Shown here: positions 35,405 through 44,270 of the stretch, one piece after another
Layout: each line of letters opens with the position of its first letter
How positions within the stretch are numbered: position 1 is the stretch's first letter
DNA from: an uncultured Rickettsiales bacterium
GTDB lineage: Bacteria > Pseudomonadota > Alphaproteobacteria > Rickettsiales > RGZB01
Length of the DNA stretch: 64,000 nucleotides
Direction of reading: 5' to 3'
Assembly (NCBI GenBank): GCA_964467255.1
Contig: CAYXPR010000004.1
Coordinates: 66,063 to 130,062, forward strand
Made by a program: the position numbers and the translations under genes
Notes under the pieces: model-generated
Databases searched by the model: none
The model's input: only the letters and a program-made list of their open reading frames with translations
Told to the model about the DNA's origin: nothing

Positions 35405-36427
35405 TTACGTGAACAGGAAATCAGATAGTGAAATGTCACTACTGTCCACGCCAATAAGCGTGATGGTTTTGGTGCCATCAACCGTGATGGTGGTATCGGC
35501 GCCGGAACTGGTTATTACGGGGCCTGCGGTGAAACCCAAAAGCTGAATTTTGTCGGTGCCGCTGATGAAATCTAAAATCACGTCGCTGTCGGTGTTGCTG
35601 ATGGTGGCATTGAAACTGAACGTATCGACATCCGCACCGCCGGTGAGAACGTCATCCCCCGTGCCACCCACGAGAGAATCTGCACCTGCGCCGCCGGAAA
35701 GATTATCAATACCCGCACTGCCCAGCAGCGTGTCTGCTTCCGCGCCGCCATCAATAGAGTCATCGTCGTTACCGCCATCGACGGAGTCGGTGCCTTCATT
35801 GCCTTCGAGGGAATCGTTGCCATCGCCGCCCAACACCGTGTCGGACTCTTTATTGCCGCGCAGTGTGTCGGTGCCCGTGCCGCCTACCATGGAATCAGCA
35901 CCCTGACCACCACGAATGTCGTCATTGCCGATGTCACCCAGAAGCGTGTCATTACCTTCATTGCCGTTGATGGTATCATTGCCTTCGCCGCCATCCACCG
36001 AATCTGTGCCGAGATTGCCATTGATGGAATCCGGATCAGTGCCGCTTAAAATCGTATCATTGCCTTGGCCGCCGCGGATGGTATCCACACCATCCCCGCC
36101 AAGGAGAATGTCATTGCCGAGGTTGCCTTGCAGGATATCGCCGCCCGTGCCGCCAAGAATAGAATCGTCACCGATATCTCCAAAAACGATATCCACGCCA
36201 TCGCCACCGTTTAGCGTATCATTCTCTTTTCCGCCGCGTATGGAGTCATCATCCGTGCCACCAAGAATAGTATCAGCGCCTGCATTGCCTTGCAGCGTAT
36301 CGTTGCCGCCTGCGCCAATGACGGAATCATTGCCGGAATTGGCCTGAACGATTTCATCAATTCCGTCTACACCGGTGATGGTTTCGTCCGTTTCCTGACC
36401 GAAAATGGTTTGTATGGGCATTAACAA
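35405..36427 (-). CDS. RTX calcium-binding repeat protein (all-repeat, 340 aa), copy A
   Basis: Same architecture and identical length as copy B, with C-terminal DVILDFISGTDKIQL. AAGGAG SD; 18-bp gap to copy B. Confidence 0.85.
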   Translation of the reverse strand: MLMPIQTIFGQETDETITGVDGIDEIVQANSGNDSVIGAGGNDTLQGNAGADTILGGTDDDSIRGGKENDTLNGGDGVDIVFGDIGDDSILGGTGGDILQGNLGNDILLGGDGVDTIRGGQGNDTILSGTDPDSINGNLGTDSVDGGEGNDTINGNEGNDTLLGDIGNDDIRGGQGADSMVGGTGTDTLRGNKESDTVLGGDGNDSLEGNEGTDSVDGGNDDDSIDGGAEADTLLGSAGIDNLSGGAGADSLVGGTGDDVLTGGADVDTFSFNATISNTDSDVILDFISGTDKIQLLGFTAGPVITSSGADTTITVDGTKTITLIGVDSSDISLSDFLFT

Positions 36428-36480
36428 AAACTCCTTACCGCAAAACTAGCACAGAATACACGCTCAACCAACAGCGTAAT

Positions 36481-37221
36481 CTATTCTGTAACGATGGCGC
36501 CGCCCTGCGCACGGATGAGTGCGCGAATATCTTTTGCTGCGGCTTCTATTTCAGGCTCTGCAATGCCGCGCACCACAAGGCACACGCCGAGTTTACCGTC
36601 GCGTATATGCGGGTAGCTGCCAATTTCAACGGCGGTATGGCGGGTTTGAATATCACCCAGCGCGGTGGCAATCGTGCCCTCGGTCAAGGTGGTGGTGATG
36701 GCAGAAGAAAGCATCGGCGCGCCTTCTTTTAAGGTGGGGCGGATGAAATCAAACATCGCTTTCATGATGACAGGCACACCCGCCATCACATACACGTTGC
36801 CAATCTGAAAGCCCGGTGCGGCAGAGATGGGGTTATCAATCAGGGTGGCGCCTTCGGGGATGTAAGCCATTTTCTGACGCGCTTCGTTAAACGGCTGCGT
36901 GGTGCCAGCATAATGTTTTTCAAGCCGCCGGAAAGCCTCGGCATCTTTTACAACGTTTAGGCCAAAGGCTTTGGCGATGCAGGCGGTAGTGATGTCGTCG
37001 TGCGTGGGGCCGATACCACCAGTGGTGAAGACGTAGTCATACGTTGCGCGTAGTGCGTTAACTGCCGTAATAATCTCGCCCTCAATATCCTGTACCACGC
37101 GCGCTTCTTTAAACGTGATGCCCATAACAGCGAACTGCTTGCCGAGATAATTCAGGTTGGTGTCCTGTGTACGGCCGGAGAGAATTTCATTTCCAATAAT
37201 GAGCAGTGCAGCAGTGGGCAT
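36481..37221 (-). CDS. CinA-like molybdopterin-binding (MoCF_biosynth) domain protein
   Basis: Start re-set to MPTAALLIIGNEILSGRTQDTN (ATG 37221). TTGGIGPTHDDIT motif. Confidence 0.8.
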   Translation of the reverse strand: MPTAALLIIGNEILSGRTQDTNLNYLGKQFAVMGITFKEARVVQDIEGEIITAVNALRATYDYVFTTGGIGPTHDDITTACIAKAFGLNVVKDAEAFRRLEKHYAGTTQPFNEARQKMAYIPEGATLIDNPISAAPGFQIGNVYVMAGVPVIMKAMFDFIRPTLKEGAPMLSSAITTTLTEGTIATALGDIQTRHTAVEIGSYPHIRDGKLGVCLVVRGIAEPEIEAAAKDIRALIRAQGGAIVTE

Positions 37222-37367
37222 AAAAAAACCATGTTTATTAAAACGGTGGCATCGTAAAACATTTGTCGCCAAAATGGAATAGCGCTGGCGCGCTGCCCAA
37301 ATGTGGGGAAAGCTTGCGTTTTAGCGCGCAGTATGGTTTTTTCTAGCCAAGGGACAATGGGGAAAGA

Positions 37368-38177
37368 ATGTTCAAAGAAGAAGTAACCATTCACAGTGCT
37401 GCAGATGCAGAGAAAATGCGCGCCGCCGGAAGGCTGGCAGCGGAAGTGCTGGATTTTGTGACGGACAAAGTGCAGCCGGGTGTGACCACAGACCACTTAA
37501 ACACCCTGTGCCATGATTTTATTGTTCAGCACGGTGCCATTCCTGCGCCGCTCAACTATCGCGGTTTTCCGAAATCAATTTGCACGTCGGTGAACCATGT
37601 GGTGTGCCACGGTATTCCGGATGAAAAAAAGCTGCATGAGGGCGACATCGTGAATATCGATGTGACGGTGATTTTAGATGGGTGGTATGGCGATACCAGC
37701 CGCATGTATTGGGTGGGCGATAAAATGCCAGTGATTGCTAAACGCCTAACGCAAGTGACCTATGAAGCCATGATGCTGGGCATTGAAAAAGTGAAACCCG
37801 GCACCACGCTGGGTGACATTGGCCACGCCATTCAAACCCACGCAGAAAAACATGGTTACTCGGTGGTGCGTGATTATTGCGGCCACGGCATCGGGCAGGT
37901 GTTCCACACTGTGCCGAACGTGCTGCATTTCGGCAAACCGGGTAAAGGCATGGCATTAGAAGAGGGCATGTTCTTCACGATTGAACCGATGATTAATGTC
38001 GGCCATTACGAAACAAAACTTTCCGCCCATGATGGCTGGACGGTGACCACGCGCGACCGCTCGCTTTCCGCGCAGTTTGAACATACGGTGGGTGTGACTG
38101 CCACAGGTGTAGAGATTTTTACGGCGTCCCCACGCGGCTGGAATTGCCCACCCTATAATTCGGCCAGAAAAGCGTAG
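37368..38177 (+). CDS. map: type I methionine aminopeptidase
   Basis: 269 aa: VCHGIP, DIVNIDVT, GDTSRM, GHGIG, FTIEPM, QFEHT metal-ligand pattern. Confidence 0.95.
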   Translation: MFKEEVTIHSAADAEKMRAAGRLAAEVLDFVTDKVQPGVTTDHLNTLCHDFIVQHGAIPAPLNYRGFPKSICTSVNHVVCHGIPDEKKLHEGDIVNIDVTVILDGWYGDTSRMYWVGDKMPVIAKRLTQVTYEAMMLGIEKVKPGTTLGDIGHAIQTHAEKHGYSVVRDYCGHGIGQVFHTVPNVLHFGKPGKGMALEEGMFFTIEPMINVGHYETKLSAHDGWTVTTRDRSLSAQFEHTVGVTATGVEIFTASPRGWNCPPYNSARKA

Positions 38178-38187
38178 GGGTCTTATT

Positions 38188-38892
38188 ATGCCTGAAGCCA
38201 AGGCACGCCCAAAAACAATCAAAGAAAAACCGCATTATCACGGCCATCGCCAGCGTTTGCGCGAGCGTATTTTGCAGGGCGGCACGGATAGCCTTGCGGA
38301 ATATGAATTGCTGGAGGTGCTATTGTTTTCCGCCAACCCGCGCGGTGACACCAAGCCTTTAGCAAAAGAACTGATTTTGAAATTCGGCAGTTTAGCAGCG
38401 GTCTTAAGCGCAAGCGAAGATGCACTCACCAAACAGGCAGGCGAAGCGGCGGCTGCCACATTAAAAGTGGTGCGCGAATCGGCGCTGCGACTACTGAAGG
38501 CTGAGGTGAAGGCCAAACCGGTGATACAGTCGTGGAAGGCGTTGCTGGAATATTGCCATGCCAGCATGGGGCATAATAAGACCGAACAGTTTCGTATTTT
38601 ATTTTTAGATAAAAAACACCAGCTGATAGCGGATGAATTGCAGCAAGAAGGCACGGTGGACCATACGCCGGTGTACCCGCGTGAGGTGGTGAAGCGGGCG
38701 CTGGAGCTGGGTGCATCAAGCCTGATTTTGGTACACAACCACCCGAGCGGTGACCCGACGCCTTCAAAGGCGGATATTGAAATGACCAAGCAGATTGTGG
38801 CCGCCGCCGCCCCACTGGGGGTGAGCGTGCACGACCATTTAATTATCGGTGGGAAGAAACATTACTCATTTAAGAGTTATGCACTGATTTGA
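38188..38892 (+). CDS. radC: RadC-family JAB-domain protein (UPF0758)
   Basis: HYHGHRQRLRERI N-terminus, helix-hairpin-helix region, and JAMM motif LVHNHPSGDPTPSKADIEMT. Confidence 0.9.
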   Translation: MPEAKARPKTIKEKPHYHGHRQRLRERILQGGTDSLAEYELLEVLLFSANPRGDTKPLAKELILKFGSLAAVLSASEDALTKQAGEAAAATLKVVRESALRLLKAEVKAKPVIQSWKALLEYCHASMGHNKTEQFRILFLDKKHQLIADELQQEGTVDHTPVYPREVVKRALELGASSLILVHNHPSGDPTPSKADIEMTKQIVAAAAPLGVSVHDHLIIGGKKHYSFKSYALI

Positions 38893-41693
38893 GGCGGCTC
38901 GGCCTGACTGCGGCGCACGGATTCTTTTGCCGCCCATGCGTCATTAAAGCCTTCGCGGCGCGTGTATTTTAAAGCAGGGGATTTTTCACTGCGCTCGCGG
39001 ATTTCTTCCACTTTTTCTTTTGCCTTATCGGCGCTGTCTACAACGTGAATGTGTAATTTTTCTCTGGTTTCTTCCGGCAAGAAACGCGTCATCAAATCAA
39101 AATAATTGATGGTGGTGTGCGTGCCATCACCATTTGGCAGATGCACAGGCTGATTCACAATCACGATTTCCTTGTTCTGCATCAACTCATGATTCTGTGA
39201 GAGGTATAGCACTAAGCCCGCCAGCTCCTGCATGGTGCCCGGCCCGCCAGGTGCAACCACGGCACAATCGCAGGTGCCGAACATGTAATCCATGCGTTTA
39301 TAAATGTTAGGTGCATTGTAGTAGTCATTGAGGCCTTCGGGCGGCTTGCCTTCACGCAGCACGAGGTGGTTGATGTTTGAGCCTGCAATCCACGCATCGT
39401 CTTTGCCCGCGGCGCGTGCGGCTTGCACACCTTCATTAATTTCACCCATCATGTAGCGGCTACCGCCACCATAGACCAGCCCGAAATCAGACATGGCAAA
39501 GTTGTAGCCGAGGTTGTAGGCCGTGGCGAGCATCTGTTCGTTTTCAAATGAGGCGGAACAGAAGATGGCGACATTGAATTTGCCGCTTTGGGGGATGGCG
39601 TGCTCTTTGTCACTCGGGATGTCGAGGCGTACGGGCGGATAGCGATTGTCACGCGCATGTTCGAAATGCTTCAACACTTCCGCTTCCGTTTTTGCGACTT
39701 TAAAAATAAGGTCGGGCTTTTCTTTTAGCGCACCGAGGAAATAAAGCTGCGTGTATTCTTCGAGTTCTTCTTTCCATGTGCCTTTGGGGTCAAACAGCAC
39801 AATTGGCATGTTCATGTCGCGCGGGTCCGTTTGCTTGGCTACCACAATCGACCAGAACTTGAATTTCTTTTCCGCAATTGCGATAGGGTCATCGTTCTTT
39901 GCGGGGTCTGGCATTAGCAAGATACCGTCGGCGTCGCGCACGATTTTATCTTCTACTTCTACCAAGTGCTTTATCTGCTGATTAGCAATACGGGTATAAA
40001 TGCCAGAATCAGAGAATTTATTGACCAGATCAAGCCAGGCACTTTGATTTTCTACCGGACCCTCGGGCGAGCTGATCAGCACGTTGAAGGGGTCATTGCG
40101 TAAGTCGTGGTGGCTACTGACAAATTTCTGTAAATCGCCGCCCAGCTCATAATAGAGCGCCATATCGGCTTTTCGGCGTGGCTCATACAGCGTATTTCCT
40201 TCGGCCATTAGCTGTGCGCGAGATTTAATAGCGGTGCGTTCAATACCTACAGGAATTTGGTAATGATAGGTTTCGGTGAGGCGTGGGTCGACATCACGCG
40301 GGATGGGATGTTCCATGAAGTTGAAGTGCTGAATGCCTGTAACCACATAAAGCGGCGTGCCGAGGGCTTTTAATTTTTCAGCATCCATGGTAGGGTCATA
40401 GGGTGGCGCAGGTTGGTAAATAATGGCCGAACCTTCTACCATGGTGCGGTCTACTGGCGGAACCCGCACATCAATTTCATCTTCTTCTACGCCAATTTTG
40501 CGCAACTCAGCGCGCTGAAGATTCGTTGCTTCCTGCAATTTACGGAAGGCTTCATTCGCGCGTTTGCAAAAATTTGCAGGGCCGTTGCAGGCGTTGATAA
40601 CAGGACCAATCTCCACGCCGGGGAAGGGCACTTCGTCCTTCAACCATTTGGCGCGGTCAATTTTGTGCTCAAGCCCCGTGAGGTCAAAATATTGCAGCAG
40701 GCGTTTATCTTTGAAATAGGAATAGGTGTCGTCTACCAATGTGCCGGATTGCGCGCGCGTGATGCCAAAACGCTTAAGCAATAAATCATCTGGGACTTTC
40801 GCAAGCGCGATTTGGGCGGCCTCACTTTTGCCGAGCGCATTGCCTTCTGCCGTTTGCGCTGTTTCTTCGGGGCTTTCGGCGATAGCGCCCGTAAGATGCA
40901 GCGGGCGAATCACCGCGCCAGCGCCACTAAAGCCTTCAATATGGTCGATGATTTTATCGAGCGTGGTGGTATGAATGAACAGCGTGGTGCCCGGTTTGAA
41001 ATGATTACCGTTAGCCGGTTTTGGCGGCACGGGTAACGCGCGCGGGAGATTTTCTTTGACCATATCCACTGCCTCGTGGCGTGTACGCGCCACATAGACG
41101 CCGAGCTTTTCAGCGAAGAACCTCGGGTCTTCATCGATGCCAAAGGCGCTGATGAACGCGCTCCAGTAGCCCTCACGCTTATCGCTGCGCTGGTTACTGA
41201 TGACGAGAGGCTTTTTTAAGATAGGGTTTTCAAAGTCGCCTTTTTCAAAGGCTTCTACTTTTGCGCGTAAAATGGTGACCATTTCATCGGCGGCGTAAAT
41301 ATCGGCGCGAGGTGTGATGAAGCCGCGCACATGTTCTGGGATTTCATACACGTAATTGCCTGATTTGTTTTTAATCTGGCTACCGAGGATGTCGACATCG
41401 GCGGCATCATCACCTAGCCCGCGAATCATGCGCAAGCGGTTGGCGCGCAAATGGTGCGGCATGGGGTGAATGGTGGTGACGGCTTCCGGCGCGGGCTCTT
41501 CGGGGAAGTAATAGTAATGGCGTGGCGGTGAGGCGAGATAGTTTTGGTCGTGCATGCGCTCAAGCTGGTGCACCAACCATGTGCGCGTGTCGTGCTCAAG
41601 ACGGGCCTTGCCACCACGGATGATGTTGCGCAATGCATCTTGCGCGAAGCCAAGCCGTTCTTTGGTGAGTGACAGGTCTTTTTCTGCCGTCAT
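38877..41693 (-). CDS. large multidomain protein: unassigned N-region + degenerate LOG-like domain + intact LOG-family (SLOG) domain
   Basis: 938 aa. Residues ~705-895 carry YGGGSRYMMG and APGGPGTMQE (nt 39225-39251). Residues ~535-685 repeat the fold pattern with the catalytic motif lost. Confidence 0.75.
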   Translation of the reverse strand: MTAEKDLSLTKERLGFAQDALRNIIRGGKARLEHDTRTWLVHQLERMHDQNYLASPPRHYYYFPEEPAPEAVTTIHPMPHHLRANRLRMIRGLGDDAADVDILGSQIKNKSGNYVYEIPEHVRGFITPRADIYAADEMVTILRAKVEAFEKGDFENPILKKPLVISNQRSDKREGYWSAFISAFGIDEDPRFFAEKLGVYVARTRHEAVDMVKENLPRALPVPPKPANGNHFKPGTTLFIHTTTLDKIIDHIEGFSGAGAVIRPLHLTGAIAESPEETAQTAEGNALGKSEAAQIALAKVPDDLLLKRFGITRAQSGTLVDDTYSYFKDKRLLQYFDLTGLEHKIDRAKWLKDEVPFPGVEIGPVINACNGPANFCKRANEAFRKLQEATNLQRAELRKIGVEEDEIDVRVPPVDRTMVEGSAIIYQPAPPYDPTMDAEKLKALGTPLYVVTGIQHFNFMEHPIPRDVDPRLTETYHYQIPVGIERTAIKSRAQLMAEGNTLYEPRRKADMALYYELGGDLQKFVSSHHDLRNDPFNVLISSPEGPVENQSAWLDLVNKFSDSGIYTRIANQQIKHLVEVEDKIVRDADGILLMPDPAKNDDPIAIAEKKFKFWSIVVAKQTDPRDMNMPIVLFDPKGTWKEELEEYTQLYFLGALKEKPDLIFKVAKTEAEVLKHFEHARDNRYPPVRLDIPSDKEHAIPQSGKFNVAIFCSASFENEQMLATAYNLGYNFAMSDFGLVYGGGSRYMMGEINEGVQAARAAGKDDAWIAGSNINHLVLREGKPPEGLNDYYNAPNIYKRMDYMFGTCDCAVVAPGGPGTMQELAGLVLYLSQNHELMQNKEIVIVNQPVHLPNGDGTHTTINYFDLMTRFLPEETREKLHIHVVDSADKAKEKVEEIRERSEKSPALKYTRREGFNDAWAAKESVRRSQAEPPQISA

Positions 41694-41776
41694 GTGATTC
41701 CTCTGATTACAGTGGTCTATGATACCAGCAGTGTACTAACCAAAGGTTAACAAACCATGAATATGGAAATATAGAA

Positions 41777-43009
41777 TTAAGCGCCGAAAAACAGGTAGGC
41801 GATAAGGATGGCGGCAAGGATGCTGGCGGCATCGGCCAAAAGCGCGCAGGCGATGGCGTGGCGGGCGCGGGTGAGGCCCACGGCACCCATATAAACAGCC
41901 AGCACATAAAAGGTGGTTTCGCTGCTGCCCTGAAAGATGGCAGAGAGCCTGCCCGCAAAGGAATCAGCCCCGTGATGCTGCATGGTTTCCACCATCATGG
42001 CGCGGGCGCCGCTGCCTGAAAATGGCTTCATGATGGCAGTGGGCAGCGCATCTACAAAGGCGGTATTCATGCCGCTGAGGCGCACGAAATATTCAATGCC
42101 GTGCAGCACGATATCCATTGCCCCGCTGGCGCGGAGCAGGCTGACGGCCACCAGCATGGCCACCAGATAAGGCACAATGGTGAGGGCGGTGGAAAAACCT
42201 TGCTTCGCGCCCGTGATGAAGGATTCATAGACCGGCACTTTTTTGTAGGCGCCGTAGGCGAGGAAGCCTGCGATAACACTGAGTAAAATAAAATTCCCCG
42301 AGGCGGCGGAGTAAAGGGTTTGTTTTTCGGTTGGCGCGGAAAAAATGAGCATGCACAGTGTGGTGAGTAGTGCGACGAATCCGGCAAGGTAGGCGAGCAC
42401 AACCTTGTCCCATATTTTCAGTTTTTGTACCCATGCGACGGCACCAAGGCCAACAAGTGTAGAAACGGTGGTGGCGAGCAAAATAGGAATGAACACATCG
42501 GTGGGATTTACTGCACCTGCTTGCGCGCGATACATAAAAATAGTAACGGGGAGCAGCGTGACTGACGCGCTGTTCAGCACAAGGAAAAAAATCTGCGCGT
42601 CACTGGCGGTGGTGGAGGACTTATTGAGTGTTTGTAAATCCTGCATGGCCTTAAGGCCAGCGGGCGTGGCGGCATTGTCGAGCCCCAGCACGTTGGCGGC
42701 GATATTGAGGGTGATGCTGCCCATAGCAGGGTGATTTTTGGGCACGTCTGGCATCAGGCGGGAAAAAAGGGGTGTTAGAAAATGCGCCAGCTTGCGGATA
42801 AGCCCTGCATCTTTGCCAATTTCCATGATGCCGAGCCAGAAGCACATGATACCTACCAGGCCGAGCGCGAGCTCAAACGAAAGTTTGGATGCGGTGAAAA
42901 TGGCGGCGGCCATGTCGTTCCACAAGGCCATGTCGCCGAGGAAAAGACTACGAAGGCAGGCGCTGGCAAAAGCGATAAGGATAAAACTCAGCCAGAGGAG
43001 GTTAAGCAT
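41777..43009 (-). CDS. nucleoside-recognition (Gate) domain membrane protein, fused SpmA/SpmB-like
   Basis: 410 aa with ~10 TM segments and two Gate-like halves (GIMEIGKDAGLI..., LDNAATPAGLKAM). 8-nt overlap with the upstream ferredoxin stop. Confidence 0.7.
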   Translation of the reverse strand: MLNLLWLSFILIAFASACLRSLFLGDMALWNDMAAAIFTASKLSFELALGLVGIMCFWLGIMEIGKDAGLIRKLAHFLTPLFSRLMPDVPKNHPAMGSITLNIAANVLGLDNAATPAGLKAMQDLQTLNKSSTTASDAQIFFLVLNSASVTLLPVTIFMYRAQAGAVNPTDVFIPILLATTVSTLVGLGAVAWVQKLKIWDKVVLAYLAGFVALLTTLCMLIFSAPTEKQTLYSAASGNFILLSVIAGFLAYGAYKKVPVYESFITGAKQGFSTALTIVPYLVAMLVAVSLLRASGAMDIVLHGIEYFVRLSGMNTAFVDALPTAIMKPFSGSGARAMMVETMQHHGADSFAGRLSAIFQGSSETTFYVLAVYMGAVGLTRARHAIACALLADAASILAAILIAYLFFGA

Positions 43010-43370
43010 GCGACGGTTTGTGCTGTTCGGGTTTGAGGCGCTTTTGGTTGACGTCGAGCTTTAAGCGCTCCACGATTTTTCCGCCCTGCAGATGCTCGCG
43101 GATGATGGTGTCGACATCGTCTTTCGTGGCATAGGTATACCATGTGCCTTCGGGGTAAATTACCATAGTAGGCCCCATCTCGCAGCGGTCGAGGCAGCCC
43201 GCGCTGTTGATGCGCAACCCATCAATGCCAAGGGTTTTGCAGCGCTCTTTCATGTAATCACGCAGGGCTTCGGAATCTTTTTCGGCGCAACAGCCGCGCG
43301 CATGACCCGCTTCGCGCCGGTTAGTGCAGCAGAATACATGGGCTTTAAAATAGAGTGCGTCAGATGCCAT
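43002..43370 (-). CDS. thioredoxin-like [2Fe-2S] ferredoxin
   Basis: Start re-set to MASDALYFKAHVFCC (ATG 43370). Cys pattern CC...C...C..C (HVFCCTN, GCCAEK, SAGCLDRCEMGP). Confidence 0.8.
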   Translation of the reverse strand: MASDALYFKAHVFCCTNRREAGHARGCCAEKDSEALRDYMKERCKTLGIDGLRINSAGCLDRCEMGPTMVIYPEGTWYTYATKDDVDTIIREHLQGGKIVERLKLDVNQKRLKPEQHKPSHA

Positions 43371-43381
43371 GGTTTTAGACC

Positions 43382-43777
43382 TTACACCAGAGCGGATAAA
43401 AGCTTGAGCATTTTTTCCTTCGTAGCGGCATCGTAGGTGGTGCCGCCCTTGCCCCATACGGGGTTTGGCCAGGAATTATCAGTTTTGTAGCGCGCGATGA
43501 CGTGAATGTGCAATTGCGGCACCTGATTACCCAGCGCGGCAATGTTGAGCTTGTCGGGGCTGAAATGCTCTTTTAAGAATTGGCTTGTGTGGTTGATATC
43601 ATCCAGCAGCAGGAGCTGATCGGGGTGGGGCAGGTCGATAATTTCGCGCATGGCGGTGCGCTCGGGTACTAATATCACCCACGGGAAAAAAGCATTGTTC
43701 ATTAAAAGCACGCGGCAGAGTGAAAGGCTGCCAACGGTGAAACAATCTTTTTCCAGTTGTGGGTGAAGCGTGAACAT
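43382..43777 (-). CDS. HIT-family nucleotide hydrolase/transferase
   Basis: 131 aa with the histidine-triad region NQVPQLHIHVIARY (first His of the triad replaced by Gln). Confidence 0.7.
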   Translation of the reverse strand: MFTLHPQLEKDCFTVGSLSLCRVLLMNNAFFPWVILVPERTAMREIIDLPHPDQLLLLDDINHTSQFLKEHFSPDKLNIAALGNQVPQLHIHVIARYKTDNSWPNPVWGKGGTTYDAATKEKMLKLLSALV

Positions 43778-43833
43778 GGCCGTTTATAACGCCCCCAGCC
43801 GGAAATGCCAAGATAAGAAACCACAAAAAGGGC

Positions 43834-43863
43834 TTGCCATTTAAGATAAGAATGATTATTAGT
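43834..43863 (+). promoter_or_regulatory. promoter candidate overlapped by a Fur-box-like element upstream of the cupredoxin/FTR1 genes
   Basis: TTGCCA (43834-39), 17 nt, TATTAG (43857-62). GATAAGAATGATTATTAGT (43845-63) matches 13/19 positions of the GATAATGATAATCATTATC consensus. Confidence 0.35.
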
Positions 43864-43902
43864 TGCTTTCCATCACTATTTATCAGATTTAGGAGTTAGG
43901 TT

Positions 43903-44259
43903 ATGCGTTACGGAATGAAAATGATGTGTGCTGCGTTGGTGGCAATTGCGGTGTGCGTGCCAAGTGCAAAAGCAGAAGACAAAGCGGCGCTTGAGTTCGT
44001 AACCGTGATTAAAGACCATAAATTCAGCCCCGATGTGGTGGAAGTGCCCGCGGGCGAAAAATTCACCCTGATTGTAAAAAATCAGGATAATTCGGCAGAA
44101 GAATTCGAAAGCCACGACCTGAAGCGCGAAAAAGTGATTCCGGGCGGCAAAGAAGGCAAATTCAAGATGGGCCCGTTGAAAGAAGGCGAATATAAGTTCT
44201 TCGGTGAGTTTAACGAAGCCACCGCACAGGGCAAAATTGTTGCTAAAAACAAGCAATAG
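43903..44259 (+). CDS. secreted cupredoxin-fold protein (FtrB/EfeO-Cup-like)
   Basis: Signal peptide MMCAALVAIAVCVPSAKA. Beta-sandwich pattern KDHKFSPDVVEVPAGEKFTLIVKNQD...EGEYKFF. No Cys ligand. TAGGAG SD. Confidence 0.7.
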   Translation: MRYGMKMMCAALVAIAVCVPSAKAEDKAALEFVTVIKDHKFSPDVVEVPAGEKFTLIVKNQDNSAEEFESHDLKREKVIPGGKEGKFKMGPLKEGEYKFFGEFNEATAQGKIVAKNKQ

Positions 44260-44270
44260 GTAGGCTACTC

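Noticed and set aside
34427-36347. Many overlapping ORFs on both strands across the RTX genes (e.g. 34773-35546 with a Ser/Pro-rich product), and a 27-bp periodicity that superficially resembles a repeat array.
   Set aside because: The periodicity is the nonapeptide GGxGxDxUx coding repeat. There are no conserved direct repeats with unique spacers, so this is not a CRISPR. The alternative frames are by-products of the repeat composition.
38188-38892. RadC (JAB) gene as part of a mobile or anti-defence element together with the convergent LOG-fusion gene.
   Set aside because: radC sits directly after map in a housekeeping arrangement and is convergent with the LOG gene (16-nt overlap), not co-transcribed with it. 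No mobile-element genes are nearby.
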